Made by a program: the position numbers and the translations under genes. From Giardia intestinalis (lineage: Eukaryota), in the NCBI GenBank assembly GCA_000002435.2, contig CM018790.1: 64,000 nucleotides of DNA; one strand, given 5' to 3'. This document shows, one piece after another, positions 40,553-53,100 of this stretch. Position 1 is the stretch's first letter; each line of letters starts with the position of its first letter. A model generated the notes under the pieces. The model had not been told where the DNA came from, ran no database searches, and worked only from the letters and a program-made list of their open reading frames with translations.

Positions 40553-43045
40553 TCAGAGTAGCGTTGCATTTAATGTCCTGGCCATTACGGAGTCGGTGAT
40601 CACGGCCTGTTGCGCATTGGGGTTACGAGAGAGCGCATCTTTTCGAACAGCGGTCTTCGCTAGTTCATAAGCAAATAGCACGCTACGGATCGTGATAGGA
40701 ATACGTCGCTTTTGCCTCTCCAAAAAGAGCTTGTATACAGCATACGCCTCATACTCGACGGGATTGGGTTGGAGATAGTATCTCACGCTAACTTGGTGGG
40801 CAGCGTTTCGCTTTTCCTCTAGATCGAGGGCAACAGTGGCGTATTCACAGAGCGCGCAGAGGGCTTGGTCGGGGGTGAGGGATGGAATGTTGCAAACCTG
40901 ATTGAAAACGCCTGCAAACCCAACGTCGCTCATTGCTTTCAAGTGCGTAGTAGTGCCGAGGACAACGAGTCGGTGATCAGGCTGGGTTGGTCTACGAATA
41001 AGAGCAGTGAGGGTCTGAAGGACAGTACTGGAGAATCGGAAGCCAATGGGCGTATACTGTATGATGGACTCTATGCCATCCAGAATTATTAGAGCGCGCG
41101 GGACCCTGTAGGCTGCCTCAAAGATTTGACATATAAGGTCCGCACGTCCATACTCTGTCGAAGTCCTCATAACAAGCTGCTCTGCAGAGATAATTCGAAC
41201 AAACTCACATCCAAGCCTCTTCGCAATAACAGAGCATAGAGCTGTACAACCAGTTCCAGTTGCAGGCGCTGCAAGCAGCATAGCGCCGGTGGTAATACTG
41301 CTGTTTAGGACAGCCTCTCCAAAAGACACAGCCTGCTGGACGACAGACTCGTAGCCGGTAGCCTTGAGGATACCTAGAGGCGCTGCAGCATCTAGCAGCG
41401 TGCGGTCTGCCTGGCCGTATCCTGCTTTAACCTCCCCCAGGGCCCTTTCAAAATCCTTTGCCTCCACTTGGACGCCAATCATGTCCAAATAGAGTAACTT
41501 GTTAGGACCCACCGACTTTGTTTTCTCAATAGCACGCTCCATGGCAAAGGATGTAGCAGACCTAACAAGACCTGCCAGTTCAGCGCCAGAGAAATTAGGA
41601 GTGCACTCAGCGAGGTGTGCGATATTGACATCGCTTGCAAGAGACTTGGCAGCAACCAGGTTTTTAGTGTGGATCCTCAGAATCTGCTCTCTTCCTCTGC
41701 AGTCGGGAAGACCAATCTCCAGGTGCACTTCAAAGCGGCCGGGACGCATCAGAGCCTCGTCCAGAAGCTCTTTCCTGTTGGTCATACCAACCACGAGCAC
41801 GTTACCAAGCGCGTCGGGCCCGTCCATCATCGCAAGTAGCTGGTTAACCAGGCTGTCCATTGTTCCAGTGTTGTCCGACTTGCTGCCTCGTTGCTTGCAT
41901 ACTGCATCAAGCTCGTCGATAATGATTATGTGGAGCTCGGATGCATTCTCGCGCTCTTTCCACTCCTTAAACGCGTCGCTGAACAGATCGCGCACCTTCT
42001 GCTCCGACCCACCAATGTACTTATCTAGAAGCTCTGAACCGGAAACCATCTTTGGAGGCCGCGCGTTCAGCAACTCGCCAATCTTCCTGGCTGTCAACGT
42101 TTTTCCTGTTCCAGGTGGTCCGTACAAAAGGAGACCCTTGACGTGTGTCTGGCCAAGCTTTGCTAACTTGTCCGGTGGAAATATTCGTGACATGAACGCG
42201 CGCCTAAATATGTCCTTAAACTGCTTATTAAGGCCCCCTATTCCTAAGCTTTCTGCGTTGATTATGCCCCCCTGCTCATTCTTCTCAGACGTGTCGCTGA
42301 TGAGATTCATCAGCGCCTTAGCCACCGCAGAGACTTCTGCGATTGCGTACTCCCCGGTGAGCTCTATTTCCTTTATTTGAGTCTGGAAGATTGTTGCAGT
42401 ATCGGTACAGAAAGTAAGCGTGGTCTCGTCGCTCACTATCTCCCTGTTGTCGCCAAACATGCCAACAACCATCAAGATGAAGAAGTCAGAACCGTCACTA
42501 ATGGCAAGGTCCTGACCGATAGCGAGAGGGAGGTGGACAAATTTCTCTGTAATACGGGCGTTGAGATTTGCCGTGCTTATGGTTACCGGCTTTTGTTGTT
42601 TAACCATTGGCTTGATCATGAATACCACAGCGATGGCCCTGGCAGTAGCGTCAAACTTGGACCGTGACACAGTGATGGGAGTATTGTCCAAAGGCGCCCA
42701 CTTTGTCTCATGAAACGGTGATAGGAGGATCACACCCTGAGGAACCTTGGGCACGGGGTCATGGTGGGCTGTAGCTGATCCGATGTCCTTTCCTGGTCTC
42801 ACTAGGACGACGTGGCCGTTCCTCTCAAGGTAGACGTTATCAGACTTCTCGTTGCCAAGAACTGCAGCATAGTCACTAGGACATAAGTATGCACAGTTGG
42901 TCTCGAGCAAAGAGGTGCTAGGGTACTTACCGGGTTTATTAGGGTACTTACCGGCTTTGTAGCTGAATCCCTCCCCAGACATTTGACAACCCTGTTTTTT
43001 AATAAGTTCGTTAGTAAAATTGGACAAAGGTGTGGAATGGAACAT
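40553..43045 (-). CDS. NSF: N-ethylmaleimide-sensitive factor (NSF), AAA+ ATPase with N, D1 and D2 domains, 830 aa. An alternative start ATG at 42982 is preceded by ttaaaaaacagggttgtcaaATG.
   Basis: D1: GIGGLNKQFKDIFRRAFMSRIFPP...VKGLLLYGPPGTGKTLTARKIGELLNARPPKMVSGSELLDKYIGGSEQKVRDLF...IIIIDELDAVCKQRG...GMTNRKELLDEALMRPGRFEVHLEIGLPD matches NSF D1 almost motif-for-motif. A degenerate D2 P-loop follows. Confidence 0.85.
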   Translation of the reverse strand: MFHSTPLSNFTNELIKKQGCQMSGEGFSYKAGKYPNKPGKYPSTSLLETNCAYLCPSDYAAVLGNEKSDNVYLERNGHVVLVRPGKDIGSATAHHDPVPKVPQGVILLSPFHETKWAPLDNTPITVSRSKFDATARAIAVVFMIKPMVKQQKPVTISTANLNARITEKFVHLPLAIGQDLAISDGSDFFILMVVGMFGDNREIVSDETTLTFCTDTATIFQTQIKEIELTGEYAIAEVSAVAKALMNLISDTSEKNEQGGIINAESLGIGGLNKQFKDIFRRAFMSRIFPPDKLAKLGQTHVKGLLLYGPPGTGKTLTARKIGELLNARPPKMVSGSELLDKYIGGSEQKVRDLFSDAFKEWKERENASELHIIIIDELDAVCKQRGSKSDNTGTMDSLVNQLLAMMDGPDALGNVLVVGMTNRKELLDEALMRPGRFEVHLEIGLPDCRGREQILRIHTKNLVAAKSLASDVNIAHLAECTPNFSGAELAGLVRSATSFAMERAIEKTKSVGPNKLLYLDMIGVQVEAKDFERALGEVKAGYGQADRTLLDAAAPLGILKATGYESVVQQAVSFGEAVLNSSITTGAMLLAAPATGTGCTALCSVIAKRLGCEFVRIISAEQLVMRTSTEYGRADLICQIFEAAYRVPRALIILDGIESIIQYTPIGFRFSSTVLQTLTALIRRPTQPDHRLVVLGTTTHLKAMSDVGFAGVFNQVCNIPSLTPDQALCALCEYATVALDLEEKRNAAHQVSVRYYLQPNPVEYEAYAVYKLFLERQKRRIPITIRSVLFAYELAKTAVRKDALSRNPNAQQAVITDSVMARTLNATLL

Positions 43046-46000
43046 CTATCCATCAGGTTCCGTGGTGTTTGCGCAGACACCACGGAAGCACCCATACCCA
43101 CCAACAAGATTAAGACCCGGAAGTACAATTGGATTGTTTTTCCCTTTGTTGCTGTCCTCAAACAGTTCCGGCTTTTCTTCAACCAGTTTTTCTTGGTTCT
43201 AGCCTTTCTCCAGCTCTATCGCCCTCTTCAAGTTGGCCTCGCCTTTACATACTACCTTCCTCTATGTTTCATTGTCCTAGTCAGTGTTGGGCGCGAATTG
43301 TATGATGAGCTGAATCGAGCAAGACGTGACAAGTCAGTCAATAGTGGCAAGTACAATATCATTGGCCCCTATGGACTCGTTCCTACTAAGTCCGAAGACA
43401 TTAAGGTTGGAAGCATCGTGCTTCTAGAGCCAAATCAGAGGGTTCCCGCGGACATCGTTATCCTCCAAGCCGTGGGTCATTTGTATGTCAAGACAGTCAA
43501 TCTGGATGGGGAAACAGATCTAAAGGTCAAGATGCCTTTGCTTGGTACTGTCGATAGCCCAGAAACACTGGCAGCACCGGACCTGCTCTCTGCAATCCTT
43601 GATTCCATCCACGTTACCTATGCCAAGCCATCGGATAATCTCTATCACTTTTCCGGGGCTCTTCAAAACGCACAAACTGACGTTGTAATTGGACCCATTA
43701 CAGTTTCTAATGCAATCTGGATGAATTGCAGTCTTGCGCGCGGATACGCAACGGGATTGGTTGTCTACACAGGGAAGAGCACACGCATTATGCAGAACCT
43801 TGGACGGCGACGGGTTAAACAAGGGTCTCTCGATGTTGAGCTGAACATGTTTGTCAAGGGCATGTTCATTTTCTGTCTGCTCCTGTCAGCGCTGGTTACA
43901 TTTGCCACCACAACCAGAAGTATTATCGTCTTTGTTCGTTGGATCATAATCCTCAGCTCGATTATTCCGTTGGCCATGCAGGTTTCCTATAACTTCGGCA
44001 AGCTCGTCATGGCCGGAAGTATTAAGCGGGACGACACCATAAGTGGGATTGAGGTCAGATCAACCGATCTAGCTGAAGAGCTGGGCCGCATTAGCCATGT
44101 CTTCAGCGACAAAACAGGGACTCTGACACGGAACGAGATGTGGCTCCATGAGGTTGTTGGAGAAAAAAGCCCAGCTTGTCTGTCCACGTATTTGATAATT
44201 ACGCTAGCGAATTGCAGCGCATCGTCCTCTTTGCAATCATGACATGTCACAACGTCGAGTTGTTCCGCGAGGATCAGGATTCACCAGAGCAAGATACCGC
44301 CCTCAGGCCAAGAAGGAGGAGGCAGCCAAGGACTTGCTCAGCAAGCACTAGTCAATCATCTGAACAGAGAGTGTCTCAGGAGCCAACTAGCTTTCTCGAC
44401 GCAAGCATCTCTGAGGCCATCGGGCTCGAAGATCGATCTCAGCCTGTGCAGACGCTCTCACTTTCCGATTCACCAACAGAATTGCTCTTTACGCGCCGCG
44501 AGATTGACGAAAATCTGATCCTTAATCGATATATTGGCTCATCTCCCGACGAGGTTGCAATAATAAGAAGCATGCATGCGCGGGGCTATATACTGGAAGA
44601 AAAGTCACATAATCTTGTACGCTACACTGCTAGTACAGGATCTCAAAAGTTTGAGCTTCTTCATACCTTTCCATTTACATCAGAGACCAAGCGCATGTCT
44701 GTCGTCACTCACCACATTGCTACCGGAACCACGTTTATTTTCGTTAAGGGAGCAGACACAACTATTGAGGCGTCTGCCAAGTACTGTCCATGGCTTCGAA
44801 ACACCGTCGATGCTTTGGCAGGGCTGGGGCGGAGGACCCTCGTGTATGCGTACCGCACGCTCGACGATGACGACCTTAGTAATTTTCATTCATCCATTAC
44901 TGCTGCGTCTGCAGATCTGGCAAACCGAGATTCCATACTCGTGAAATGCGAAGAGACTCTGCTGACAGGGGTGGAGGTCTTGTGTGTAACAGGAATCGAA
45001 GATCAGCTCCAGCTCAATGTGAAGGCAACGATCCAGGATCTGAAAAGAGCAGGAATTAAGTTCTGGATGTTGACCGGAGACAAGGTTGTGACATGTTTGA
45101 GCATAGCCCAGTCGTGCGGTTTGCTCCCAAATACAGCAGTCAAGAAGCATACCAGCAAGCTTCGTGCATCCGAGAATACCGCGCCTTTGACTACTCAGTC
45201 GCTGCATCCTGAGGCATGTAAGTATCCAACTACTCCATCTCTAGACGCTGTATCTATTCCTACAAGATCTGAGATAGAAGTGGGCCAAGAGGATAAGACA
45301 CCCATGGCAATTCTCCGCAGAGCCATTCGAGATGATCCCAATTCCTTCATGAGTGTCACCTCCAGAAGAGAAAAGCGGCTCAATAGAAAGAAACGCCCAG
45401 GGTCTCTTGTTTTAGCAAGCACGTGCTATGGGCGCTTGAGTGAGCATATCTACTTCTTGACAGAGGAGCTCACCCCTGTTGAAATAGTCTCCGTTCTGAA
45501 AGAGCTCTCTCAAATGGTTAGCTTCACACATGAGGTTACCATCGTCATAGACGGATCAGCGCTGGAGAAACTCCTCGGTAATTACCCCGTGGACTACTTC
45601 TACACACATGCAATCCATCCCATCACTGGGAACCTTCTTCCTCTGCACCCGTGTGTAAGGATCTGGAGGAGATTCACCCGCTGGTTACTTATCTACCTCA
45701 CAGGACACCCCAGACGCGGCAAGGGGAGCCTGGGACCAGATGCAGAGACGCGCGAGCTTTTTGCAAGTATTGCTAGCAAGGCAGAAACGGTCCTCTGCTG
45801 CCGCTGCACACCAACGCAGAAGGCCCTTGTTGCAGGTCTCATTTCGGTATACACAGGCAGCAAATCCCTAGGGATAGGCGACGGGGCAAATGACGTCCCC
45901 CTGATCGAAACTTGCTCTGTCGGCATAGGACTGCGGGGCAAGGAGGGCAACCAGGCGGCCAACGCAGCAGACTATGTGATGACAGAATTCCGAGGACTGA

Positions 46001-47061
46001 AGAAGCTTCTGCTATGGTATGGCAAGTGTAGCTACGTGGGTAGTGCACAGATATGCCAGTTTATCGTCCAGCGCGGGGTTGCGCTATGCTTGCTCCAGAT
46101 TTGTTTCACCTGCCTTTACTTTTTCACGTCTCTCGTTCTTCACACCGGGGTACTCCTCTTGGGATACGTGACGCTATTCACAATGTTTCCACCGTTCAAC
46201 TATTATATTAACGAAGATGTGGACTACCAATTAGTACTAAAATACCCAGAAATCTATCGGATTACGTCGCGTGGATCTATTCTGAACCTTAAGACATTTT
46301 TTCTCTGGACATTTAGTGGCTTTATTATAGCAGTGGTAGTGTTTCTTCTCGCATATATCTTCTCGTCGTTTCCCATTTCTGTCAGCGGATTTACGTTTTT
46401 CAGTTTCGCCATACTGCTGTGGAGCGAGCTCTGCCTGATCCTTGTGACTACCCATCGCTTTTCCCTTATGCTCCTCGTTGCCTTGCTTCTCAGCTACTTG
46501 ATGCTATTCTTGGTTGTTGCCATTTATCCAGGCTCCTTGACTCGTAGCGAAGTATTTTCTCTAGATATGTTTTGGCGCTTATGCGTAACAAACGCAATAT
46601 CGGCTGTACTGCTTTTTGTCGGTGAACGCATCGTTCGCCGGTTCTCTAAGCCAAACGTGGTCCGTATTCTCAGATCAATGAGAAAGCCAGTTTATTGTGC
46701 TACATGCAAAGTTCCACGGTGTTGCACGCGTGAGTCGCAACAGAATGTGGCTGTCATAGGCAAGCCTTCTTTCAACCAAGACCATCCTGGCCTATCTCGC
46801 AGCGTCTTACGAGATCGAAGTAAGCCCATGTATAGAGCAGGCTCTGGGATAAAAACGGAATCCGAATCTGGCTCGGGGTGGCCCTCTGGTATGGTAGTGA
46901 CGAGCAGATCCTACAGGCGACCCTCTTCATCGAGCTATGTCCGTCTGCGAGGCATTTACATTCTAAGCTCCACTGGGAGACACTTCTTCAATATGCCGGA
47001 GAGTGTTTTCAACATCCTCACACTCAGGATGTGTCGTCGTTGCGTCAGAATAAATTCTTAG
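43037..47061 (+). CDS. P4-type P-type ATPase (phospholipid flippase-like). It is read as two track ORFs (42983-44242 and 44176-47061) separated by an apparent 1-bp frameshift in an A6 run at 44163-44168. The first ATG is at 43037.
   Basis: N-terminus NKIKTRKYNWIVFPFVAVLKQFRLFFNQFFL, the phosphorylation motif SDKTGTLTRNEM, then in the second frame ...LFAIMTCHNVE, MLTGDKVVTCLSIAQSCGLL and GIGDGANDVPLIETCSVGIGLRGKEGNQAANAADYV (P4-ATPase hinge signature). The frame-2 tail after ...VVGEK is junk (SPACLSTYLIITLANCSASSSLQS*). Confidence 0.8.
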
Positions 47062-47063
47062 AT

Positions 47064-50000
47064 TCGGATTTACTCCACCCACCGGTTGCTTCCAGTGGTG
47101 TGCCGCTGGGGCCTGCCTGGAAGTATGATCCAAAGATCTCACAGGTAAGCCTCGCTCAGTCCCTGGCCAGCCCGGAGGCGGGGGCTGGCCACGGGTCGCA
47201 GTGATAGCCACAGTGGTGATAGGGAAGAGCTCCCTCCGTTTGTGGATCTGGGGCCTGTGCGTTCCTCGGCTGTTCTGCGGATGTGCACAGCTGGACTTGA
47301 GGCGAAGGAGAGCCCGCGAGGACCAGATCCGTATTACGAACGCAAGATCATACCTTTGGGCCCCAGAGAGCAAGCCGTGAGTCTCTACTCGGAGGACCAC
47401 TTCGAAGACGCTTGCCCTCTCGGCAGGACACACACGCTGGCTCTGTGGCCTGCCGTGCGAGAGCGCCAAGCAACCAACCGAGCACCTGAGAGAAGCAAAC
47501 GATGACAGACACAGAGTGCTGGGCGACGACAAGCTGATCCTTCCGGCCCACATACCGAACCAGACAGCTGCCATGCTCATCCACCAGGGTGCGCGCATGA
47601 TCGCGAGCATCGAGCAGGCCGGGACTGGGGTCGCGCTCCCCGCAATCAGGGGCCTAGACGCCCTGGTGGGAAGCTGCCAGAGGGCCCCTCTGCCAGACAA
47701 CACCACGGAGCAGTCCCAGAGCAAGGCAGACCCAGACCCCGAGAAGGCGAGGCGCCGGATAGCAAACAGGGTGAACAACGCGCTGAGCTTTAATGGCTGC
47801 CAGGTCCTCTGTTCCTTGACACACCCACGATAGACAAGCCAGAGAAGGCCAAGGCCCCCTCAGCGCGCTACACCCGTGCGTCCCCCCGAAGGCTGCGTTG
47901 GCCTTGACTACCCTCCATCGATGAACTCGACAGGGCTGGAGTGGCAACCGAGGAGGAAATGAGGAAGGCCCTGTTTGGAACTCTCAACAAGAAGGCCTCG
48001 GGCGTGTCTGGTCTCGGGCCGGTCCAGCTCAGGCGATGAAGCAGAACGACAGCTTTGTGAAATACCTCACGCAGGCGTACAACGAGCTGACCACTCACCC
48101 CGAGGCGATACCCGAGGTGACGACCATGTTCGAGTTCCGGGCGATCCTCATCCCGAAGGAGTCCGACGGATACCCCCGATCGCGATAGGCGGACGGTCAC
48201 GAACATCTTCCACCGCGTCCTGCTGAAGGGCTGATCAGGCATGCCAACTACCTCTCATGCGAGCAGATCGCCTTCAAGCAGAACGCATACGCGGTAGGCG
48301 TGAGGAGGGCCCACGAGCTCATCAGCGGGCGGGGATGCACGCCGTCTCCCTCGACACAAAGAACGCCCTCAACTCGCTCCCGAGGGCAGAGGTCGTCAGA
48401 GCCCTGAACGAGGCGGGCGTCCCGAAGGTCCTGGTCGACTACATCAGGAACTTCCTCGACCTGAGGCACAGCAAGGACGTGAAGTGCGAGGTCTGCGGCG
48501 TCCCCCAGGGCGACCCGCTCAGCACGTTCCTCTTCTGCATGGCCACCGAGCGCCTCCTGAGACGCCTCGAGGAGAGGGGCATCGCCTTCCTTGCCTATGC
48601 AGACGACATCGTGGGGTTCCACGACGAAGGGTACCCAGCAGGTGTGATAACACAGCAGACCATGGACCTGACGATCAGGAGCGACAAATGCAAGTCCACC
48701 ATGGCGGGCGAGGAGGTGACCTTCCTCAACCACCCGGCGTCCCCCACTCCTGCTAGTCTCGCCCCAAAGGCCATCGCAGGTGCCGAGACTGCCTTGAAGA
48801 AGATCGAGAATGCCCCAATAACCATCCACCAGAAGCTCATCCTGGTGTCACTCTGTGTGGTCCCGATGGTGAGCTACGCCCCCCTGGTCGAAGTAACATC
48901 GGACAAGGCGGACTACGAGGAGTTCGACAGACGTCGCACAAGGCATCAGCACTAACCAACAGAAGCTGCGATCGCCTGGTCGACTTCCTAGCGTACCCGA
49001 AGGAGAAGGGCGGCCTGGACCTGCTCATGCCTGGATTCTACCACGACGAGCTGCGGAGGGTATGGGCCTCCTTGGACGTCAACAAGGGGGCCAGAGACCC
49101 GGTGGAGCTGTCGGTGGGCGGCCAGGCACTGCAGGGGAAGGGGCCTACTTCAACCGCCTCCTCACGCGCACACACCAGCTTCCGGACAGAGCGGCGACGT
49201 ACTGTCTGCAGATGTGCGGCGTGCTGACCGAGGAGGAAAGGGCCCTGAAGGAGAAGGGCGGCTCGATCATGGCGCAGAAAGAGGCACCTGCCCGGGCTGC
49301 CACGAGGCACGACATGATCGTCGCGTGCCTGTACCTCCGCGTCTCGGGGAAGCTCAGCGCAGAGCTGGAAGTCAAGACCCACAGCCACCTCAGCGACCAG
49401 AACCAGAAGCCCGACATCTGGCTCGTCGACAAGTGCAAGGCAGTGGACGTGGGTGTCATCCAGCCCCGCCAGATGGATACCACAGCGAGAAGGCCAAGAA
49501 GTACAGGGACGGGACGCTCCCGATCATCTACGGGACGGACGGATCCCTCCACCCCAGTCCAAGGGGCACCTCAAGGAGCTCCACGTGGACCTCTGTCCGG
49601 GCTGCCTTCGCCATCGCCTACATGGCTGCAGAGGCGAACGAGGACCTGACGGGGCTGATCAGACGGGCCGGGCCGAAAGCCTGGTCACCCCGCCTCCTGT
49701 CATCCTACTTCTGACAACCGAATGAGTCCATCCCTGGGACCCGACGACAACGACCGAGAAGGGGCAAAGACTGGACACACAATCGAGTTGAATCCCAACC
49801 AGAAGAGAAAGCCCGCTAGCTGCTGCCGATCTGTATGGACAGCATTGAGAATGACAACAAAGACCAGAGCTTCACCAACCGTAAAGGGAGAACAAGGAGA
49901 GGCACCCTAGTAGACCAGCGAGCCTGCAGGACGGCGTGATCTCCAAAAGGACCGATGTGCACACCCAGTCTGAGTGTACTCCTGTAGAATAGCCGAGGAA

Positions 50001-50144
50001 CGCAATAGCTTCTCCCTACAACCGATGTGATTATCGTTACGGCCCGTGACCAACCCTCGTCTCCGGACATCGCCAAAAATTGAGCGGGAATTTACTCGCG
50101 AGATTTGCGGACAGCGCCCGCAGGCGAGGGCCCAGCGGCACACA
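47064..50144 (+). mobile_element. Copy C of the degenerate retroelement. It begins 2 bp after the stop codon of the P4-ATPase.
   Basis: Same ORF fragments as copy A (47516-47833, 47975-48226, 48257-48955 RT fragment, 49062-49649, ...). 5' TIR at 47095-47119. Degenerate 3' TIR at 50119-50144 (caggcgagggcccagcggcacacac). Confidence 0.8.
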
Positions 50145-53100
50145 CTAAAAAACTTGAGTCAGCCGTTGCACCCGCCGCCCCCAGGACAAAGCTTCTGCAC
50201 GCATGGCCAGCTGCCCTTGTCAGTCCAGCCTACTGGTCCAATAGTCTGATGACCCTCTGCCCCGCTCTCTGGTGTATGATATCTCACAACTGCTCATGGG
50301 AGTAAGCAGCATGAAAGAGGAATTGCATGTGTGGACATTGTGCTATGCTCGTCTCAGAGGACCGAGGTGTCTAACTACAGAGCGCTGCACCGAGCCACAT
50401 GTTCCATTACCCTGCACTGATGGATGCCTTCATCACCGTGCTTGTTGCATTTAGGCTGTGCCTGCTCAACAGACTGAACATGCACTGCATCGACCCTATT
50501 TGACGTTGCATCCCGCATGACGTCCAATGGTAAAGTGGACATCGTACTGCCTGAGCTACCTGTTATCAGCGGAGAATGGCACCAGAGACGCTTCTACGTA
50601 TCCACACAGTCATTATGCCTGCTTCTCCATCAGCTGTAGCGATAGCTGTATACCCGGAAGGTCCTGCAGAGCGCCCCATTGCCTTTCAAGATGAGACGTC
50701 TGCACCTAAAGCTAAAAACAGAAACCCGTGCACCAGGTGTCACGAGCCTAGTGTGCTGACCGGCCTAGATCACAATGCACCCGTCAAAGGCCTGTGCATA
50801 CGTTTGGATGCTCACCGCTAGTGGCAGACGGGCCTGCGAGAAAGCTCGTCTCTGGCCGCGCTCGCCCCATAACACCTAGTCCTTGGCGACATGCTTCGGT
50901 GCGGGAGAATGCTAGGTAGACGTGCAGAGGGCCACCTGTAGACGGCCATTTCTGGAGGACCGATTCGCATGGAGAGCGTAGGGGTGACCAGCAGATCAGT
51001 GAGGTACGACTGGGACTGGAGAGGCTGGCTGCCGGTCTGGATTGCAGCGGGGGCACCTGTGTGCCTCTCTGGCCCGCGAGTGTGGAAGGGTCTATCTACC
51101 GACAGGCCGAAGACCGCATTTTGATTTTATGCGTTTACAGCAGCACATTTGTTGGGGGCTGTTCTATCGAGAGGCGAGGATGTTCGCTTTCCCCGTATAG
51201 GGCGGGGGTCGATTGGATTGGAGAGGTATACTGTGCAGGCCAGTATCAGTCGACGCGGCTAGATCTGCAGTGCTACGCGGATGGTTACCTCCATCTTCGG
51301 CCAAAGGGTTGGTACACGCATTGCGTAGGTTGGATTACTCATCACCCAGGGTAGCATGGCTCGCCCTTGTTCTCTGCTTGCCTACCTCGTGCAACCACTG
51401 CTGATAGCCTTCCCAGGTCAGCATGCGGATGCCTCTACGGTCCCGTAAAGGTATGCATCGTGCAGGCGGCCACCACAGGCCGTCCCGTCTACCAAGGAAA
51501 AGGGTCAATCGGTTACTGCATGGGGGTCCTCTGTGCGCCTTGCATAATCCACCAGGTCTTGTGCTCCTCACCACTCCCTCGCAAGCCCCGTCTGGCTCTC
51601 CCCGCCGCTGGAGTCCACGCGCATGTCGTTACTGCCAAGCACTCTGGCCCAATGGGTCACCTAGAGCGTCGGGTTCTTTGCCCTACGCAGTGAGTGTGCT
51701 CGACGTAGGAGATGCACAATCAATAGCAGCCTTCTCGGCTTCTGGCCTGGATAATGCTATTGTTGCTTCTCATCCGATCAGCTGGCACGAGGGCCCAGCT
51801 CATGGCCAACAAGCTGAGAAGGGTCGTTCCGGGAGGTCTTCAAGCACAGCAGTACCTCGCCAACGGGTAGCTAACAGTGACCGTGGCGCGTACCTCCGCC
51901 AAGCCACGGCATCCTGGGGCACGAAATGGGGCCCTGCCATCCTGCGGCCCTGCTGATTCCCCGGACAGCAGGGATCGGAGCAGCCCAGCTAGCGCCTCTG
52001 GGTCTCCGCTTGTCCTCGTTGCCTGAGGTGTGCTTGGCTCCAGAGACTCAGAAGGGCGCTGTACCATGATCGGGCCTGCATGCCTCAGCCAGGCAGGGCT
52101 ACCCTCTTGGAGACTGCGCGAGGTAGCCACACATCCCGGGGACCTGTGGGGAACACCGCAGCCCAATGGAACCCTTACCTGTCGAATGCAGGCCGTAATT
52201 GCGGGCTCACCGGTGCAGGACTTCTTAGAATAACCGGTCGACTGTAGAGCCCCCCACTCGGTCCAGATGAGCGACATCACTCTCATCGATGGGCTACATT
52301 GCACGCCGGACAGTCCCACATGCGAGCAAGGGTCATCCAGCCCGCAGCAATGAGCATTGGTAGATGTCCTTCACAGCAGCCGCTTTCCTATTGAGATTCG
52401 CCAGCCACTGAGGCCCAGGCCGGCCTCCTGCAGGATCATTGGTAGGATCGTGCCCGATGCATGTCTGTGGCACTCCCCTCAAGATGCGTGCTGCTGGACT
52501 TTCGCTTCCTGCACTGGCCTGCGAACATCGAGCCCTTCTAGCGGGGCCACACGGAGATCACAAGGATATGGCGTCCTCAGAGACTATCCGGCTTCTGAGC
52601 CACACACCGGGGCCCACTTCTCGCAGCGGCATCACAGAGAGGCGTATAGAGCCATACCACGCCCTCTGCCAGGCGACATGGTGCACGGATCAAGAGGTAG
52701 ACGCTCGCACCGGTTGGCCCGAAGGCAGCGATTAGATGTTGCTCGATGCCCTTATCAGCGGATGGGCGCCCAGCTACCCTGGTACCCACACGAGGCCACG
52801 CTGATCATGGGTCTGGTCACTGGCTATCAAACCAGCACAGTCTCCCTGGATCTCGTCTCTCATGAAGGCAGCCTAACACAGAGAGCCCTGTGTCACTCAC
52901 ACCAACAGGCCAAGGTACCCCGGGCCCGGGTGCTTCCGATGATAGAGCGGTGGCACCAGAGTGACTCAGGGAGTGATGGGGTCCTCTCCATCAGCTCGGG
53001 AGACAGCGCGGTCTGGGCAGTGCTCCCCCTTGGCTAGGCACGGGAGGACTGACCCGTCTCTGAGTTCCACTTAGCACTCTGTCACGCAATGAAGAACCTT

